A DNA stretch of 64,000 bases, from NCBI GenBank assembly GCA_044356295.1, contig JBIKWN010000007.1, forward strand, positions 10,627 through 74,626, given 5' to 3'. Below are positions 18,602 to 27,885 of the stretch, one piece after another (the first letter of the stretch is position 1; every line of letters starts with the position of its first letter). This stretch comes from Bdellovibrionota bacterium. Its GTDB lineage: Bacteria; Bdellovibrionota_C; UBA2361; JBIKWN01. A model generated the notes under the pieces. It ran no database searches, had not been told where the DNA came from, and saw only the letters and a program-made list of their open reading frames with translations. A program made the position numbers and the translations under genes.

Positions 18602-19507
18602 ATGGATAAAATTTTTGCTGTATTCCCTGGTCAAGGTTCTCAAACCGTTGGTATGGGTAAAGACCTTTCTGAAGCCTCTGAAATTGCTAGAGAATCCTTT
18701 AATGCTGCTGATAAAGTGCTTGGATTTTCTCTTTCAAAAATATGTTTTGAAGGTCCAGCAGAAAGACTAACTTCTACAGAAATCGCTCAACCAGCTATCC
18801 TCGTAACAAGTATTATCTCATATCGACTGAGCCCTAAATCTATTCAAGAAAAAATTGTTGCAGCTGCAGGCCACAGTCTTGGTGAATATTCAGCACTTGT
18901 CGCAATGGATGCAATAACGCTTGAGGATGCTGTGCAGCTTGTACATAAGCGAGGCTGCTATATGCAGGAAGCAGTGCCTGCAGGTGTTGGTAAAATGGTC
19001 GCAATTCTTGGAAAAGAAGTGAGTGAAATTGAAAGTGCACTTTCAAAAGTCACGTCTGGCGTTGCTTCTATTGCTAATGTCAATGCACCAGGACAAGTCG
19101 TTATAGCAGGTGATGTTGCAGGAATTGATGAGGGTTTAACTCATCTTGGATCAGCTAAAACAATTCCTCTTCAAGTGAGCGCACCATTCCATTGTGCACT
19201 GATGAAGCCTGCTGAGATTGCTTTATCAAAAGATCTCGACTCATTAACAATACGCACACCACGACGTCCAGTAATCGCAAATTTTTCTGCTTCTCCTGTT
19301 ACGGCCCCAGAAGAGATACGCTCACTCCTTAAAAGCCAAGTCTGTGGTCGAGTTCGCTGGGTTGAGTCTATAGAAACAGCAACTAAAGTATTCTCACCTT
19401 CAGCTTTAATTGAATTTGGGTCTGGTGCAGTTTTAACTGGTCTTCAAAAGCGTATTGATTCAAAATTGCCACGATTTAATATTTATCGCGGCAATGAGAT
19501 TAATTAG
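18602..19507 (+). CDS. fabD: Malonyl CoA-ACP transacylase
   Basis: FPGQGSQ, AGHSLGEYSA, VSAPFH. Confidence 0.96.
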   Translation: MDKIFAVFPGQGSQTVGMGKDLSEASEIARESFNAADKVLGFSLSKICFEGPAERLTSTEIAQPAILVTSIISYRLSPKSIQEKIVAAAGHSLGEYSALVAMDAITLEDAVQLVHKRGCYMQEAVPAGVGKMVAILGKEVSEIESALSKVTSGVASIANVNAPGQVVIAGDVAGIDEGLTHLGSAKTIPLQVSAPFHCALMKPAEIALSKDLDSLTIRTPRRPVIANFSASPVTAPEEIRSLLKSQVCGRVRWVESIETATKVFSPSALIEFGSGAVLTGLQKRIDSKLPRFNIYRGNEIN

Positions 19508-20933
19508 ACTTTTTTTCCTCCTTCTCCTTTTAGCATTTATTGCATTTGGTGCTTTCGTATATGTACGAGCAGGTAGCATTTCACTTCAGTTCTTCGAGAA
19601 AGTGTCACCTATAATCACAGCTGATGAGAAATTGGGTATAGGGATTGAAACTAAAAACTTCGTTGTCTCAGTAAGTGATGCTGGAGCAGGTCTTGATGAA
19701 ACCGTTGTACGACTTGAACAAGATGGGCACTCGCATGATTTATTAAAAGAAAGATTTCCTTCAAACACCTCTGAACATCAATTATCTCTCTCAATTAATG
19801 CTAAAGAGCTTGGATTAAAAGAAGGGAAAGCTGATTTACTAATCGGATGTTTTGACCGGAGCTTTTGGGTAAACGCTGCTCAGAAAGTTGTTCCTGTTAC
19901 TATAAAATACTCAAAACCTCGAGGTGAAATTCTTACTGGTCAACAAAACATAGCACTTGGAGGTGTTGAGCCCATTTTTTATAAGATAAAAGATAGTGCA
20001 ATTGCACAAACCGGTGTTGAAGTTGGTTCAAATTTTTTTCCTGGTTATAAAGCAAGCTTACTAGACCCTCGCTTCGAACGATTCCCTGATGTTTATTTTT
20101 CATTTTTTTCACTTCCTTTTAACTTTAATAAATCAACTGATAAAGTCCAATTAGTTATTACAGACGTGGTTGGTAATCGTGCACTACTTTCTTTCAACTA
20201 TCTCGTTATTCCAAGAAAATTCAACATCGTTGACATGAAACTGTCTGACACTTTTCTCCAGAAAGTTTTCGATGAATTACTGCCACCATATTTCGAACTG
20301 AGTAAAACGAAACAAACAAAAAACTCTTTCGATGTTACTTCGATGAGTGAAAGTGAAAAAATTGAAAGTTTTAAACTCATCAATGAGTCGTACCGAAAGC
20401 TTTTACTTGAACAGTTAAAGATCATAAATGCTCAATCAGAACCATCAAGATTTTGGCAAGGAGTTTGGCAACGACCTATGAGAGCCGCCCCTACTTCCAC
20501 TTTTGCTGAAACCAGAAACTATAAGTACAACGATTCATTTGCTAGCCAATCGCTCCATGCCGGAGTTGATCTTGCAGATGTAGCAAATGCTATCGTCAAA
20601 CCTGCAGCTAAAGGAAAAGTCTTATTCGCAGATTTTTTTGGTATCTATGGGAATGCCGTCATTGTTGATCATGGATTTGGCCTCACTACATTATACGGTC
20701 ATCTATCATCAATAAGTGTCAATGTAGGCGAAGAGGTATCTGCCGACACAACACTTGGAAGAAGCGGAGCAACAGGTCTAGCAGGTGGCGATCATCTTCA
20801 CTATGAAGTAAGACTAGCAAATATTCCAGTCCATCCTATCGAATGGTGGGACGGCACTTGGATTAGAGAACATATTGAGAAGAAAATTGATTCAGTTTTT
20901 GATCAGTTATCTTCAACTGCGCTCCTGAGCTGA
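19494..20933 (+). CDS. M23 family metallopeptidase, membrane anchored
   Basis: N-terminal TM helix; HAGVD, YGNAVIVDHG, YGHLS, GDHLHYE. Start placed at ATG 19494 (MRLIRL). Confidence 0.9.
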   Translation: MRLIRLFFLLLLLAFIAFGAFVYVRAGSISLQFFEKVSPIITADEKLGIGIETKNFVVSVSDAGAGLDETVVRLEQDGHSHDLLKERFPSNTSEHQLSLSINAKELGLKEGKADLLIGCFDRSFWVNAAQKVVPVTIKYSKPRGEILTGQQNIALGGVEPIFYKIKDSAIAQTGVEVGSNFFPGYKASLLDPRFERFPDVYFSFFSLPFNFNKSTDKVQLVITDVVGNRALLSFNYLVIPRKFNIVDMKLSDTFLQKVFDELLPPYFELSKTKQTKNSFDVTSMSESEKIESFKLINESYRKLLLEQLKIINAQSEPSRFWQGVWQRPMRAAPTSTFAETRNYKYNDSFASQSLHAGVDLADVANAIVKPAAKGKVLFADFFGIYGNAVIVDHGFGLTTLYGHLSSISVNVGEEVSADTTLGRSGATGLAGGDHLHYEVRLANIPVHPIEWWDGTWIREHIEKKIDSVFDQLSSTALLS

Positions 20934-21022
20934 GCTTCGACAGGCTCAGCTCAAGAGCCTTCAACAACCTAACCAGAAATGAGTTTCAATTTTAAATCGC
21001 TCTTGAGTTGAGCGAAGTCGAA
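20927..21022. repeat. REP-like inverted repeat element between convergent genes
   Basis: Left arm TTCGACAGGCTCAGCTCAAGAGC (20936-20958) pairs with right arm GCTCTTGAGTTGAGCGAAGTCGAA (20999-21022); internal perfect hairpin GAGCTGAGC/GCTCAGCTC (20927-20952). Confidence 0.75.
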
Positions 21023-21023
21023 A

Positions 21024-21530
21024 CTATGCTCGCTTTAGGACGTTTCCAGCACGGCTTCCTGCCGGAGTTGTGCTTTCTTGAATGCTACCGCTGCGTGTGT
21101 AGTTTTTTGTAACATGCTGAGTAGCTGAATAGAGTATGGATAAAAGACCATCAACCATCGACATTCCAAATTTTGCGATACTACCAAGTTCACGAGTATC
21201 TTTTTGAGAAGTAGTAACACTTCTTTTTAATTTTTCAGCTATAATTGCAAAACGTTTCTTTTCTTCTCCCTGTAAACAATCAGCGATCAAAATTGTCAGC
21301 TTTGTCTTATTATCACCGAATATTTGCTGAATAAGGCTAAGACGTTCTGCCTGAAGTCGATTCATTTCATCAACAAACTGTTCTCGCCGAGAAGCAGCAT
21401 CTGTTACTTTAACGGCATCAAACGGAGCAATTACTTTTTTCTCTAGTTCCGTTAGAGCATTATACCCTTCATAGATTCGAATCTCTGCGAGTAATACTTT
21501 TTCTAATTGAGGAAGAAGAGCTCTATTCAT
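21024..21530 (-). CDS. flgN: Flagellar export chaperone FlgN
   Basis: Helical 168 aa protein directly downstream of flgM; C-terminal YTRSG motif. Confidence 0.75.
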   Translation of the reverse strand: MNRALLPQLEKVLLAEIRIYEGYNALTELEKKVIAPFDAVKVTDAASRREQFVDEMNRLQAERLSLIQQIFGDNKTKLTILIADCLQGEEKKRFAIIAEKLKRSVTTSQKDTRELGSIAKFGMSMVDGLLSILYSATQHVTKNYTRSGSIQESTTPAGSRAGNVLKRA

Positions 21531-21556
21531 AATTAAATATTATAAAATGAACAGAA

Positions 21557-21904
21557 TTAATTTTCTGCTTGTAATAATCCTCCGGAGGATAGGATTTCAG
21601 TTGAGATTTCATCAGCAAGTGCTTTGGCAATATCTTCCGATGATGGTCGATACGTTCCAGCAGCAAGTTGTTCTTTAATTTTATCAATCTTAGATTGACG
21701 TTCTGATAAAATTTGAAGTGGGCTAAATTCACCATTTAATGCAGTGGCAAGCTTTGAAACCTCGATTTTATCGTTTGAGTCTCCTTCGTTTTTGCCTGCT
21801 TTTTTGTCTTGAACAAGCTTGTTTTTAAGCTGTTCAATCTGTGTTTGACGGTCAAGTTGAACAATTTCCGCCTGTGATTCCAATGACTTAGGGTTTACTT
21901 TCAT
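21557..21904 (-). CDS. flgM: Anti-sigma28 factor FlgM
   Basis: DKIEVS and RQSKIDKIKEQLAAGTYRPSSEDIAKAL. Confidence 0.9.
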   Translation of the reverse strand: MKVNPKSLESQAEIVQLDRQTQIEQLKNKLVQDKKAGKNEGDSNDKIEVSKLATALNGEFSPLQILSERQSKIDKIKEQLAAGTYRPSSEDIAKALADEISTEILSSGGLLQAEN

Positions 21905-22012
21905 GGATTTCCTTTCCTTTTAAATGCTCGGGGGCCTTAACCTTGGCTCCCGAAAGTCACCTATACGCCTTATATAAGATGCACAGATGCTTATTTCCGA
22001 CTGTAATAATTT

Positions 22013-22351
22013 TTACTCGATTTTAAGCTCTTTTTTCTTAGCATTTTTCTCAAAATCCTTCATGAGGACATCTTTGACACCAATGCTCTGTTTCTCTGCA
22101 ATCTCTTTCGCGAGTGCTTCTGTGTACATATCTCTGTATTGCGCTTCCTCATTCGAACCACCAAGGAGCGAATCTTTAGGAACTGTTTTCCACATCTCAT
22201 TTAACATTTGGTGAAGCATAAGCGATTCAAAATCAGTCGCTGCTTTCTCTGCTTTTGCTTTTTCAGGATTTTTTGAAATCTTCTCAGCAGACTTTACTAG
22301 AGAGTCTGCACGAAGCCCTGAAATATCATTTAACGATTTAATGCCATCCAT
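22013..22351 (-). CDS. flgJ: Rod-binding protein FlgJ (no muramidase domain)
   Basis: AATDFESLMLHQMLNEMWKTV, YRDMY; follows flgI. Confidence 0.88.
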   Translation of the reverse strand: MDGIKSLNDISGLRADSLVKSAEKISKNPEKAKAEKAATDFESLMLHQMLNEMWKTVPKDSLLGGSNEEAQYRDMYTEALAKEIAEKQSIGVKDVLMKDFEKNAKKKELKIE

Positions 22352-22375
22352 GGCGTTTATCCTTTTACAATTTGA

Positions 22376-23494
22376 TTACATTATTACTAACTCAGCCTGA
22401 AGCGCTCCAGCTCTTTTGAGTGCAGCAAAGATTGAGATTAAATCCCGCGGTGTTGCACCCAACGAATTAAGTCCTTTTACAAGATCACCAAGTGTTACTT
22501 GACCACCAACAACTTGCAGACTTTTTACTTCTTCACCAATATTAACATCAGAATTTTGTACAACAGCGGTTTCACCTTGAGAAAGAGCACCAGGTTGCGA
22601 CACCTGTGTATCTGAACGGATTGCAATACTTAAATTTCCATGAGCAAGCGCAACTCTACTAACTCGGACGGCTTCTCCCATTATAATTGTTCCCGTTCGT
22701 TCATTAACTATAATTTTAGCGCCGACATCTGTTGGCACCTCTATGTTTTCTAGTCGCGAAACGAGTCCAATTGGATCTTTCATAAGTTCAGTTGAAAGAG
22801 GAACCTCAACAGCAGCACCATCAATAGCAACTGCAAGAGGACGACCCATAAAATTATTTATCTGACCAACCATGTTATTTACTGTAGTAAAATCAGGCTC
22901 TCTAAGAACTACACGTATTCTTTTAGCTTGAAAAAGATCAAAAGGAATAGATTTTTCTACATTTGCTCCACCTGTTATCACACCAACTGTTGGATGATTT
23001 TTTTGTGCGCTATCTCCTCCTCCGCCATCAACGGCAAATCCACCAACGCTTACTGGACCTTGCGCTACTGCGTAGGTTGAACCATCTGCAGCCTTTAAAG
23101 GAGACATTAATAATGTCCCACCTTGAATACTTTTTGCATCACCGAGTGAACTAAGTGTGACATCAATTTTACTTCCTGGACGAGCAAATGCCGGTAGCGT
23201 TGCGGTTAATAATACCGATGCGATATTTTTAACCTTAACATCTTTTGGATCCACTCTAATGCCAAGTCGCTCAAGCATGTTAGAGATTGATTTATTAGTA
23301 AAATCAATTTTTCCATCTCCTGTACCGTTAAGTCCTATAACGATTCCGTATCCAAAAAGTTGGTTACCTCGAACGCCTTCAATATCGGCGATATCTTTAA
23401 GGCGTGCAGCTTCTACATTTGTTGATAAGAAAACTGTTAACAAAAGTAAAAGGGTAAGTGTATTTTTTTTCATAACTGTATACATAGTTAGCAC
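22376..23494 (-). CDS. flgI: Flagellar P-ring protein
   Basis: ARLKDIA, NQLFGYGIVIGLNGTGD, GALQAEL. The start may be one of the downstream Met codons. Confidence 0.97.
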   Translation of the reverse strand: MLTMYTVMKKNTLTLLLLLTVFLSTNVEAARLKDIADIEGVRGNQLFGYGIVIGLNGTGDGKIDFTNKSISNMLERLGIRVDPKDVKVKNIASVLLTATLPAFARPGSKIDVTLSSLGDAKSIQGGTLLMSPLKAADGSTYAVAQGPVSVGGFAVDGGGGDSAQKNHPTVGVITGGANVEKSIPFDLFQAKRIRVVLREPDFTTVNNMVGQINNFMGRPLAVAIDGAAVEVPLSTELMKDPIGLVSRLENIEVPTDVGAKIIVNERTGTIIMGEAVRVSRVALAHGNLSIAIRSDTQVSQPGALSQGETAVVQNSDVNIGEEVKSLQVVGGQVTLGDLVKGLNSLGATPRDLISIFAALKRAGALQAELVIM

Positions 23495-23497
23495 TCC

Positions 23498-24454
23498 TTA
23501 AAATGGCCAAAGGGTTCGAATAAGGCGTGCACCCCACGGTGGTGTTTGTCCTTCATCGAGTGTTCCTTTCCCGAAGTAGTCAATTCTCATATTTGCAACT
23601 TTCGAAGAATCTACTTCGTTGGCGCTGTTTATATCTCGTACTCTTACTAAACCAGAAAGCATCATGACCTGCTCTTCATCATTTACAGCTACAATTTTCT
23701 TACCTTCAATTCTTAGAATTCCAGTAGGAAGAACTTCAGCAACCATTACAGATAAACGACCTCTCAATTGGTTCAATCTGTTTGTTATTCCTTGCCCTTT
23801 AAATTCATTACTACTTTTGGCAGTAATAAGAGCAGGATCTGCGATGTTACCTTCTTCTGGGCTTGTAACTTCAGAATTGAAAATTCCAGCAATTCCAAAA
23901 AGATTTTTCAAGGACGCTGAAAGTGTATTTTCAGATTTTGTATTGGTAAGTGCTTGCCGGATACCTTGGTCATTTTCAGTTACAGCAATCGTTATCAGGT
24001 CCCCTGCTTGCCATGCTCTGTCATCTCGTAATATATCATTCGTACCACGAGTTTCCCTCCAGAGTGATGCCTGTACTCCTGGATCGCCGAGGTCTAGTGG
24101 GCCTTGGTAATCTCGGGTCAAAGTCGTATTACCACGATAGATTGTAACTCCTTTAGCACCATCAATGGTTACATCAGAAGCAGCATTTGGATCGTTGGTT
24201 ACAACATCATTAACAAAATGATATTGTGCTTTTGCATCTGCTCCAACAGCAGAAGCTGCAACAGTTGACACTTTTGGGGGATACCCATAGGAATTGACCT
24301 GAGGAGGCACTCCTTTTGCCTGCTCAGTTTTAAAACTATTGGCATAGTCTTCTGATGGGATCACTGGAACGCGGGCATTATGCGTTGCACAACCAATCAG
24401 TGTACTCACACACAAAGGGGCGGTAATTTTTAAATAGCTTTTTTTATTTTTCAT
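23498..24454 (-). CDS. flgH: Flagellar L-ring lipoprotein
   Basis: Lipobox LIGC; DDRAWQAGDLITI; LSGLVRVRDI; terminal WPF. Confidence 0.93.
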   Translation of the reverse strand: MKNKKSYLKITAPLCVSTLIGCATHNARVPVIPSEDYANSFKTEQAKGVPPQVNSYGYPPKVSTVAASAVGADAKAQYHFVNDVVTNDPNAASDVTIDGAKGVTIYRGNTTLTRDYQGPLDLGDPGVQASLWRETRGTNDILRDDRAWQAGDLITIAVTENDQGIRQALTNTKSENTLSASLKNLFGIAGIFNSEVTSPEEGNIADPALITAKSSNEFKGQGITNRLNQLRGRLSVMVAEVLPTGILRIEGKKIVAVNDEEQVMMLSGLVRVRDINSANEVDSSKVANMRIDYFGKGTLDEGQTPPWGARLIRTLWPF

Positions 24455-25407
24455 TGAACCCTCACTATGCCTACTTCAATTATTTGACCACTGACTATCT
24501 TTTTAGATGCGTCATTACGTACTTTAATTTCTTGCCCTATACCGCCACTTTCAATAGCAACACCTGACGCTGTCGCTTCAAAGAACTGTCCTTGAAACTT
24601 CATTGTTACAGGCGACCCAGCAGCAATTGCCGTCGGAGGAGCGATTTTTTTTGCACGAAATACTTCTCCAGCTTGAATTTCGTTTTTAATTTCTTGACCA
24701 ATTACATCACTGGCTCCCTGTAGGGCATCGATCGGCAACGCTTCAATATTAAATCGAGCCATTTGAAGATCTCCTTCTGTGATCATTGTTCCGCGTGAAA
24801 GTGGTTTTTTTGCTACTGGAATCTCTCGAAACTCTTGAACCATCGTTGGGACTGAAAAGTTTTTATACGGAGTTCCATCTGGCTGCTGAATGGTGATTTG
24901 GAATGCGCGTTGTCCACCAGCCATCGCACTTGAAGAACTCACTAAAAGGGTAAAAGCACCAGTTGGTACAATCAGTGGCTGCTCATAACGAATGCTTTTT
25001 ACTTCAGTGGAAAGTTGATTTTGCTGAATATAGTTTTGTATGGCGTTACTAATCTCACCTTCTTGTAATGCTCTGCCAGCACGTTCAATTTTCATTACTC
25101 GAGGCAGGGTATATATCACTTCTTCAGTGTTTACTCCTTGTTCTTTGAGTTTAGAAATTATTTCTAGAGCTCCGATTGTTGTCGTATCACCTGGAGCTGG
25201 AGCATTCATTAAACGAATTTTTTTTAACCCTATAACAGCTTCATCATCTATACTTGAAGTACTTTGAATATCGCATAAATCAGAGAGCCTGACTTCATTC
25301 TGTGTTACCGTGATTGAAGATCTTCCAATAATTTTAATCCGTGACTCTGCGATTGCAGAATGTATCAGCAAGAAAAAACTACTCAGTAAAATGATACTAC
25401 GTCTCAT
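24451..25407 (-). CDS. flgA: P-ring assembly chaperone FlgA
   Basis: SAF domain (VAKKPLSRG), GVAIESGGIGQEIKVRN; lies between flgG and flgH. Confidence 0.9.
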   Translation of the reverse strand: MRRSIILLSSFFLLIHSAIAESRIKIIGRSSITVTQNEVRLSDLCDIQSTSSIDDEAVIGLKKIRLMNAPAPGDTTTIGALEIISKLKEQGVNTEEVIYTLPRVMKIERAGRALQEGEISNAIQNYIQQNQLSTEVKSIRYEQPLIVPTGAFTLLVSSSSAMAGGQRAFQITIQQPDGTPYKNFSVPTMVQEFREIPVAKKPLSRGTMITEGDLQMARFNIEALPIDALQGASDVIGQEIKNEIQAGEVFRAKKIAPPTAIAAGSPVTMKFQGQFFEATASGVAIESGGIGQEIKVRNDASKKIVSGQIIEVGIVRVQ

Positions 25408-25419
25408 TGACTACCTACC

Positions 25420-26208
25420 TTATCGTTTTAAATTAATAGCCTGGCTTAACATTTCATCAGCACTGTTCACCCCTTTTGAAGAAGCTTCATATGCTCGTTG
25501 TGCAGTAATCATATTGACTACTTGTTCAACGACGCTGACGTTACTACTTTCAAGAAATCCCTGAGAAACTCGACCAAATCCATTTTCGTTGAATATCCCT
25601 TGTAACGGAGTTCCAGAACTCTGTGTTTCTACATAGAGGTTCTGCCCAATTGATTTTAATCCTGCATTGTTAGGAAATCGTACTGCAGTAAACTGTCCTA
25701 GTACCTGAGGTGCTGCCTGCCCTGGGATTTTTACAGATACTTCACCGTTTTTTGCAATTATTATCTGTTGCGTTTCAGGTGGTACTGTAATGGCAGGATC
25801 AATGACAAACCCATCAGGATTCACAATTTGTCCTTGATCATTTAAACGAAAATTTCCAGAACGAGTAAATGCAATAGATCCATCAGGCATCTGTACTTGC
25901 ATAAAGCCATCCCCTTCAATCGCAACATCGAGAGGATTATTTGTTGAATTCATATCTCCTTGAGAGAATACCTTTCCAACCGAAACTGCTTTAACCCCTA
26001 ATCCCACTTGAAGCCCTGTTGGATTTCTAGTAACTGCGCTTGTTGCAGCACCAGGCTCTACAACTGTTTGATAAAAGAGATCTTGGAACGATGGTATCCC
26101 CTTTTTATAAGCAGTAGTGTTTACGTTCGCAAGGTTGTTCGAAATAACATCGATGTTAGTCTCTTGTGCTTGCATTCCTGTTGCTGATGTATAGAGTGCG
26201 CGAATCAT
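25420..26208 (-). CDS. flgG: Flagellar distal rod protein
   Basis: MIRALYTSATGM, SNNLANVNT, LESSNVSVVEQ, AQRAYE. Confidence 0.97.
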   Translation of the reverse strand: MIRALYTSATGMQAQETNIDVISNNLANVNTTAYKKGIPSFQDLFYQTVVEPGAATSAVTRNPTGLQVGLGVKAVSVGKVFSQGDMNSTNNPLDVAIEGDGFMQVQMPDGSIAFTRSGNFRLNDQGQIVNPDGFVIDPAITVPPETQQIIIAKNGEVSVKIPGQAAPQVLGQFTAVRFPNNAGLKSIGQNLYVETQSSGTPLQGIFNENGFGRVSQGFLESSNVSVVEQVVNMITAQRAYEASSKGVNSADEMLSQAINLKR

Positions 26209-26231
26209 AAAGTTACTCCTTTAAAAATCTA

Positions 26232-26993
26232 TTAACGTGAACGTCCTATTTGTGTAATTGCTGATTGATTGAGTTGATCGATGGTCTGAGCGGTTTTTGT
26301 GTACATTTCAAAACCACGGTTAGCAGTAATCATGTCAACCATGCTTGTAATTGCTGACACATTTGCCATTTCTAAAGCTCCAGACTCAAGCTCTGCATCA
26401 ACCTGCACAGGAGCTGCGGCACCAGGTGCTAACTTAAAACGATTCCCACCAGTTTGTTGAAGCGTTTGTAGGTCACTGACTTGAACAACTTGAATTGTAC
26501 CCAATAGAGTTGTACCTGAGGTTACGTCACCATTTCCTTGGATCTTAATTTGAGGACCATCGATTGAGATTGGGCCACCTCCTCCCAGCACTTGCATTCC
26601 ATCATGAGTTGAAAGGCTTCCATCGACACCAATGGTAAAATCACCTGCTCTTGAATACTGGGTCCCATCAGGGGTTTGAATAGCAAAAAAGTGATCTGGT
26701 TTCTTTAGTGCAACATCCATCGGATTACCAGTAGCTTTTACTGAACCTGGAGAAAAATCAGTCACAGCTCGAATATTTGTTGCACCTGGAGTTCGTTGAT
26801 GATCGCCCCGTGCATAGGGATCTACTTTTTCAAATGCTGCAGCAAACGTATCTTCGAATTTTTGTTGATCGGAAACGATAATCTGCTTTTTAAAGCCAGG
26901 TGTATTCACGTTAGCGAGGTTATTGTTTGTTACCTCAAGCTTTCGCATGTTTGTTAAACCACTTGATGCTGCTGCGTATAATCCTCTATCCAT
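26232..26993 (-). CDS. flgF: Flagellar proximal rod protein
   Basis: MDRGLYAAASS, NNLANVNTPGFK, LEMANV; precedes flgG. Confidence 0.92.
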   Translation of the reverse strand: MDRGLYAAASSGLTNMRKLEVTNNNLANVNTPGFKKQIIVSDQQKFEDTFAAAFEKVDPYARGDHQRTPGATNIRAVTDFSPGSVKATGNPMDVALKKPDHFFAIQTPDGTQYSRAGDFTIGVDGSLSTHDGMQVLGGGGPISIDGPQIKIQGNGDVTSGTTLLGTIQVVQVSDLQTLQQTGGNRFKLAPGAAAPVQVDAELESGALEMANVSAITSMVDMITANRGFEMYTKTAQTIDQLNQSAITQIGRSR

Positions 26994-27018
26994 AGAACCT
27001 TCCTTAGTTAATAATTTT

Positions 27019-27672
27019 CTATAACGTTTGAATTTGTCGTTTCATGGCACCCAAAACTCCTAATCGCGTATCGCCTTCCGATGTTGCCGCAGGTTCAGTC
27101 TTCGTTGGTTCATTTTGTACTTCATCAATTGTCTCTATCCGTTGATCATATTTTTCACGTGATATTTCAATCTGTCTGGCGAGCGCTCTCACATCTGTTG
27201 CTGTTTGTTTAACTCCTTTTGCAGCTTGTTGAGCTGCTTGATTCGCAGCAGCGCGCACAGATGTAAATGATGGAGCCTCAGGTGCGACCTCTACTGTTTC
27301 AATTCGTTGATCTCTTTTTTCTTCTCTTGGATGTTGTGTTGTTTTTCGCGCAATTCGAATATCTTGCGTCGATTCTTGAGGAGCAACCATAGACTTGATT
27401 GATTCTTGGGTCAGTGAAAGCCGTCCTTCTGCAGCTGTTAAATCACTTAATAAACGTTCTAAAGAGTGTTGCCTTCTTGAAAGCTCATCATTTAAAGCTC
27501 TCCCTGCACCATCCGCATCACGGATGAGATTTTTCAGTGATGCTTCAAGCATTATCAGCTTCGCTGAACGTGTTGAAATTGAACCACTCAGTAATATGCG
27601 GTAACAAAGAAACATAATCGCTATTACTAACAGCCCATCACTGAATAATTTTAGTATCTCTAGACTCGGCAT
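27019..27672 (-). CDS. Hypothetical membrane-anchored coiled-coil protein, first gene of the flg operon
   Basis: One N-terminal TM helix followed by heptad-rich helices; 25 bp upstream of flgF. Confidence 0.7.
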   Translation of the reverse strand: MPSLEILKLFSDGLLVIAIMFLCYRILLSGSISTRSAKLIMLEASLKNLIRDADGAGRALNDELSRRQHSLERLLSDLTAAEGRLSLTQESIKSMVAPQESTQDIRIARKTTQHPREEKRDQRIETVEVAPEAPSFTSVRAAANQAAQQAAKGVKQTATDVRALARQIEISREKYDQRIETIDEVQNEPTKTEPAATSEGDTRLGVLGAMKRQIQTL

Positions 27673-27834
27673 TGAGGCCTCTCTTTAATAAAAATTGCCA
27701 AAATTCAAACGCACTGATCTGACAAACTTTTGACAGAACGTACGACTCTTCAATAGGTAAGGTGTTGAAGTTTCCAGCTTTATTGAGCTTTTTCCTTGCC
27801 ACACCTCTCAAATTGATTGAGCATATGAGGAAGA

Positions 27835-27852
27835 TTGCAACCATCGCGCCAA
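27835..27852 (-). promoter_or_regulatory. Sigma54 (-24/-12) promoter of the flgF-flgN operon
   Basis: Minus strand TTGGCGCGATGGTTGCAA matches TGGCACG-N4-TTGC with exact GG-N10-GC spacing. Confidence 0.8.
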
Positions 27853-27885
27853 GTGCAATGTGGCTGCTCATCAAGAAACATTGTT

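Noticed and set aside
21960..22030. Sigma28 promoter expected upstream of flgM
   Set aside because: No TAAA-N15/16-GCCGATAA match with acceptable spacing was found by eye
23619..24110. 163 aa plus-strand ORF and the many other 60-125 aa ORFs nested in or antisense to long genes
   Set aside because: They lie within well-supported genes (flgH, flgI, btuB, oleBC, sctV etc.) and show no motifs or RBS; they are expected shadow ORFs
27638..27874. 78 aa minus-strand ORF upstream of the flg operon
   Set aside because: It spans the sigma54 promoter and leader and has no recognisable features; likely spurious
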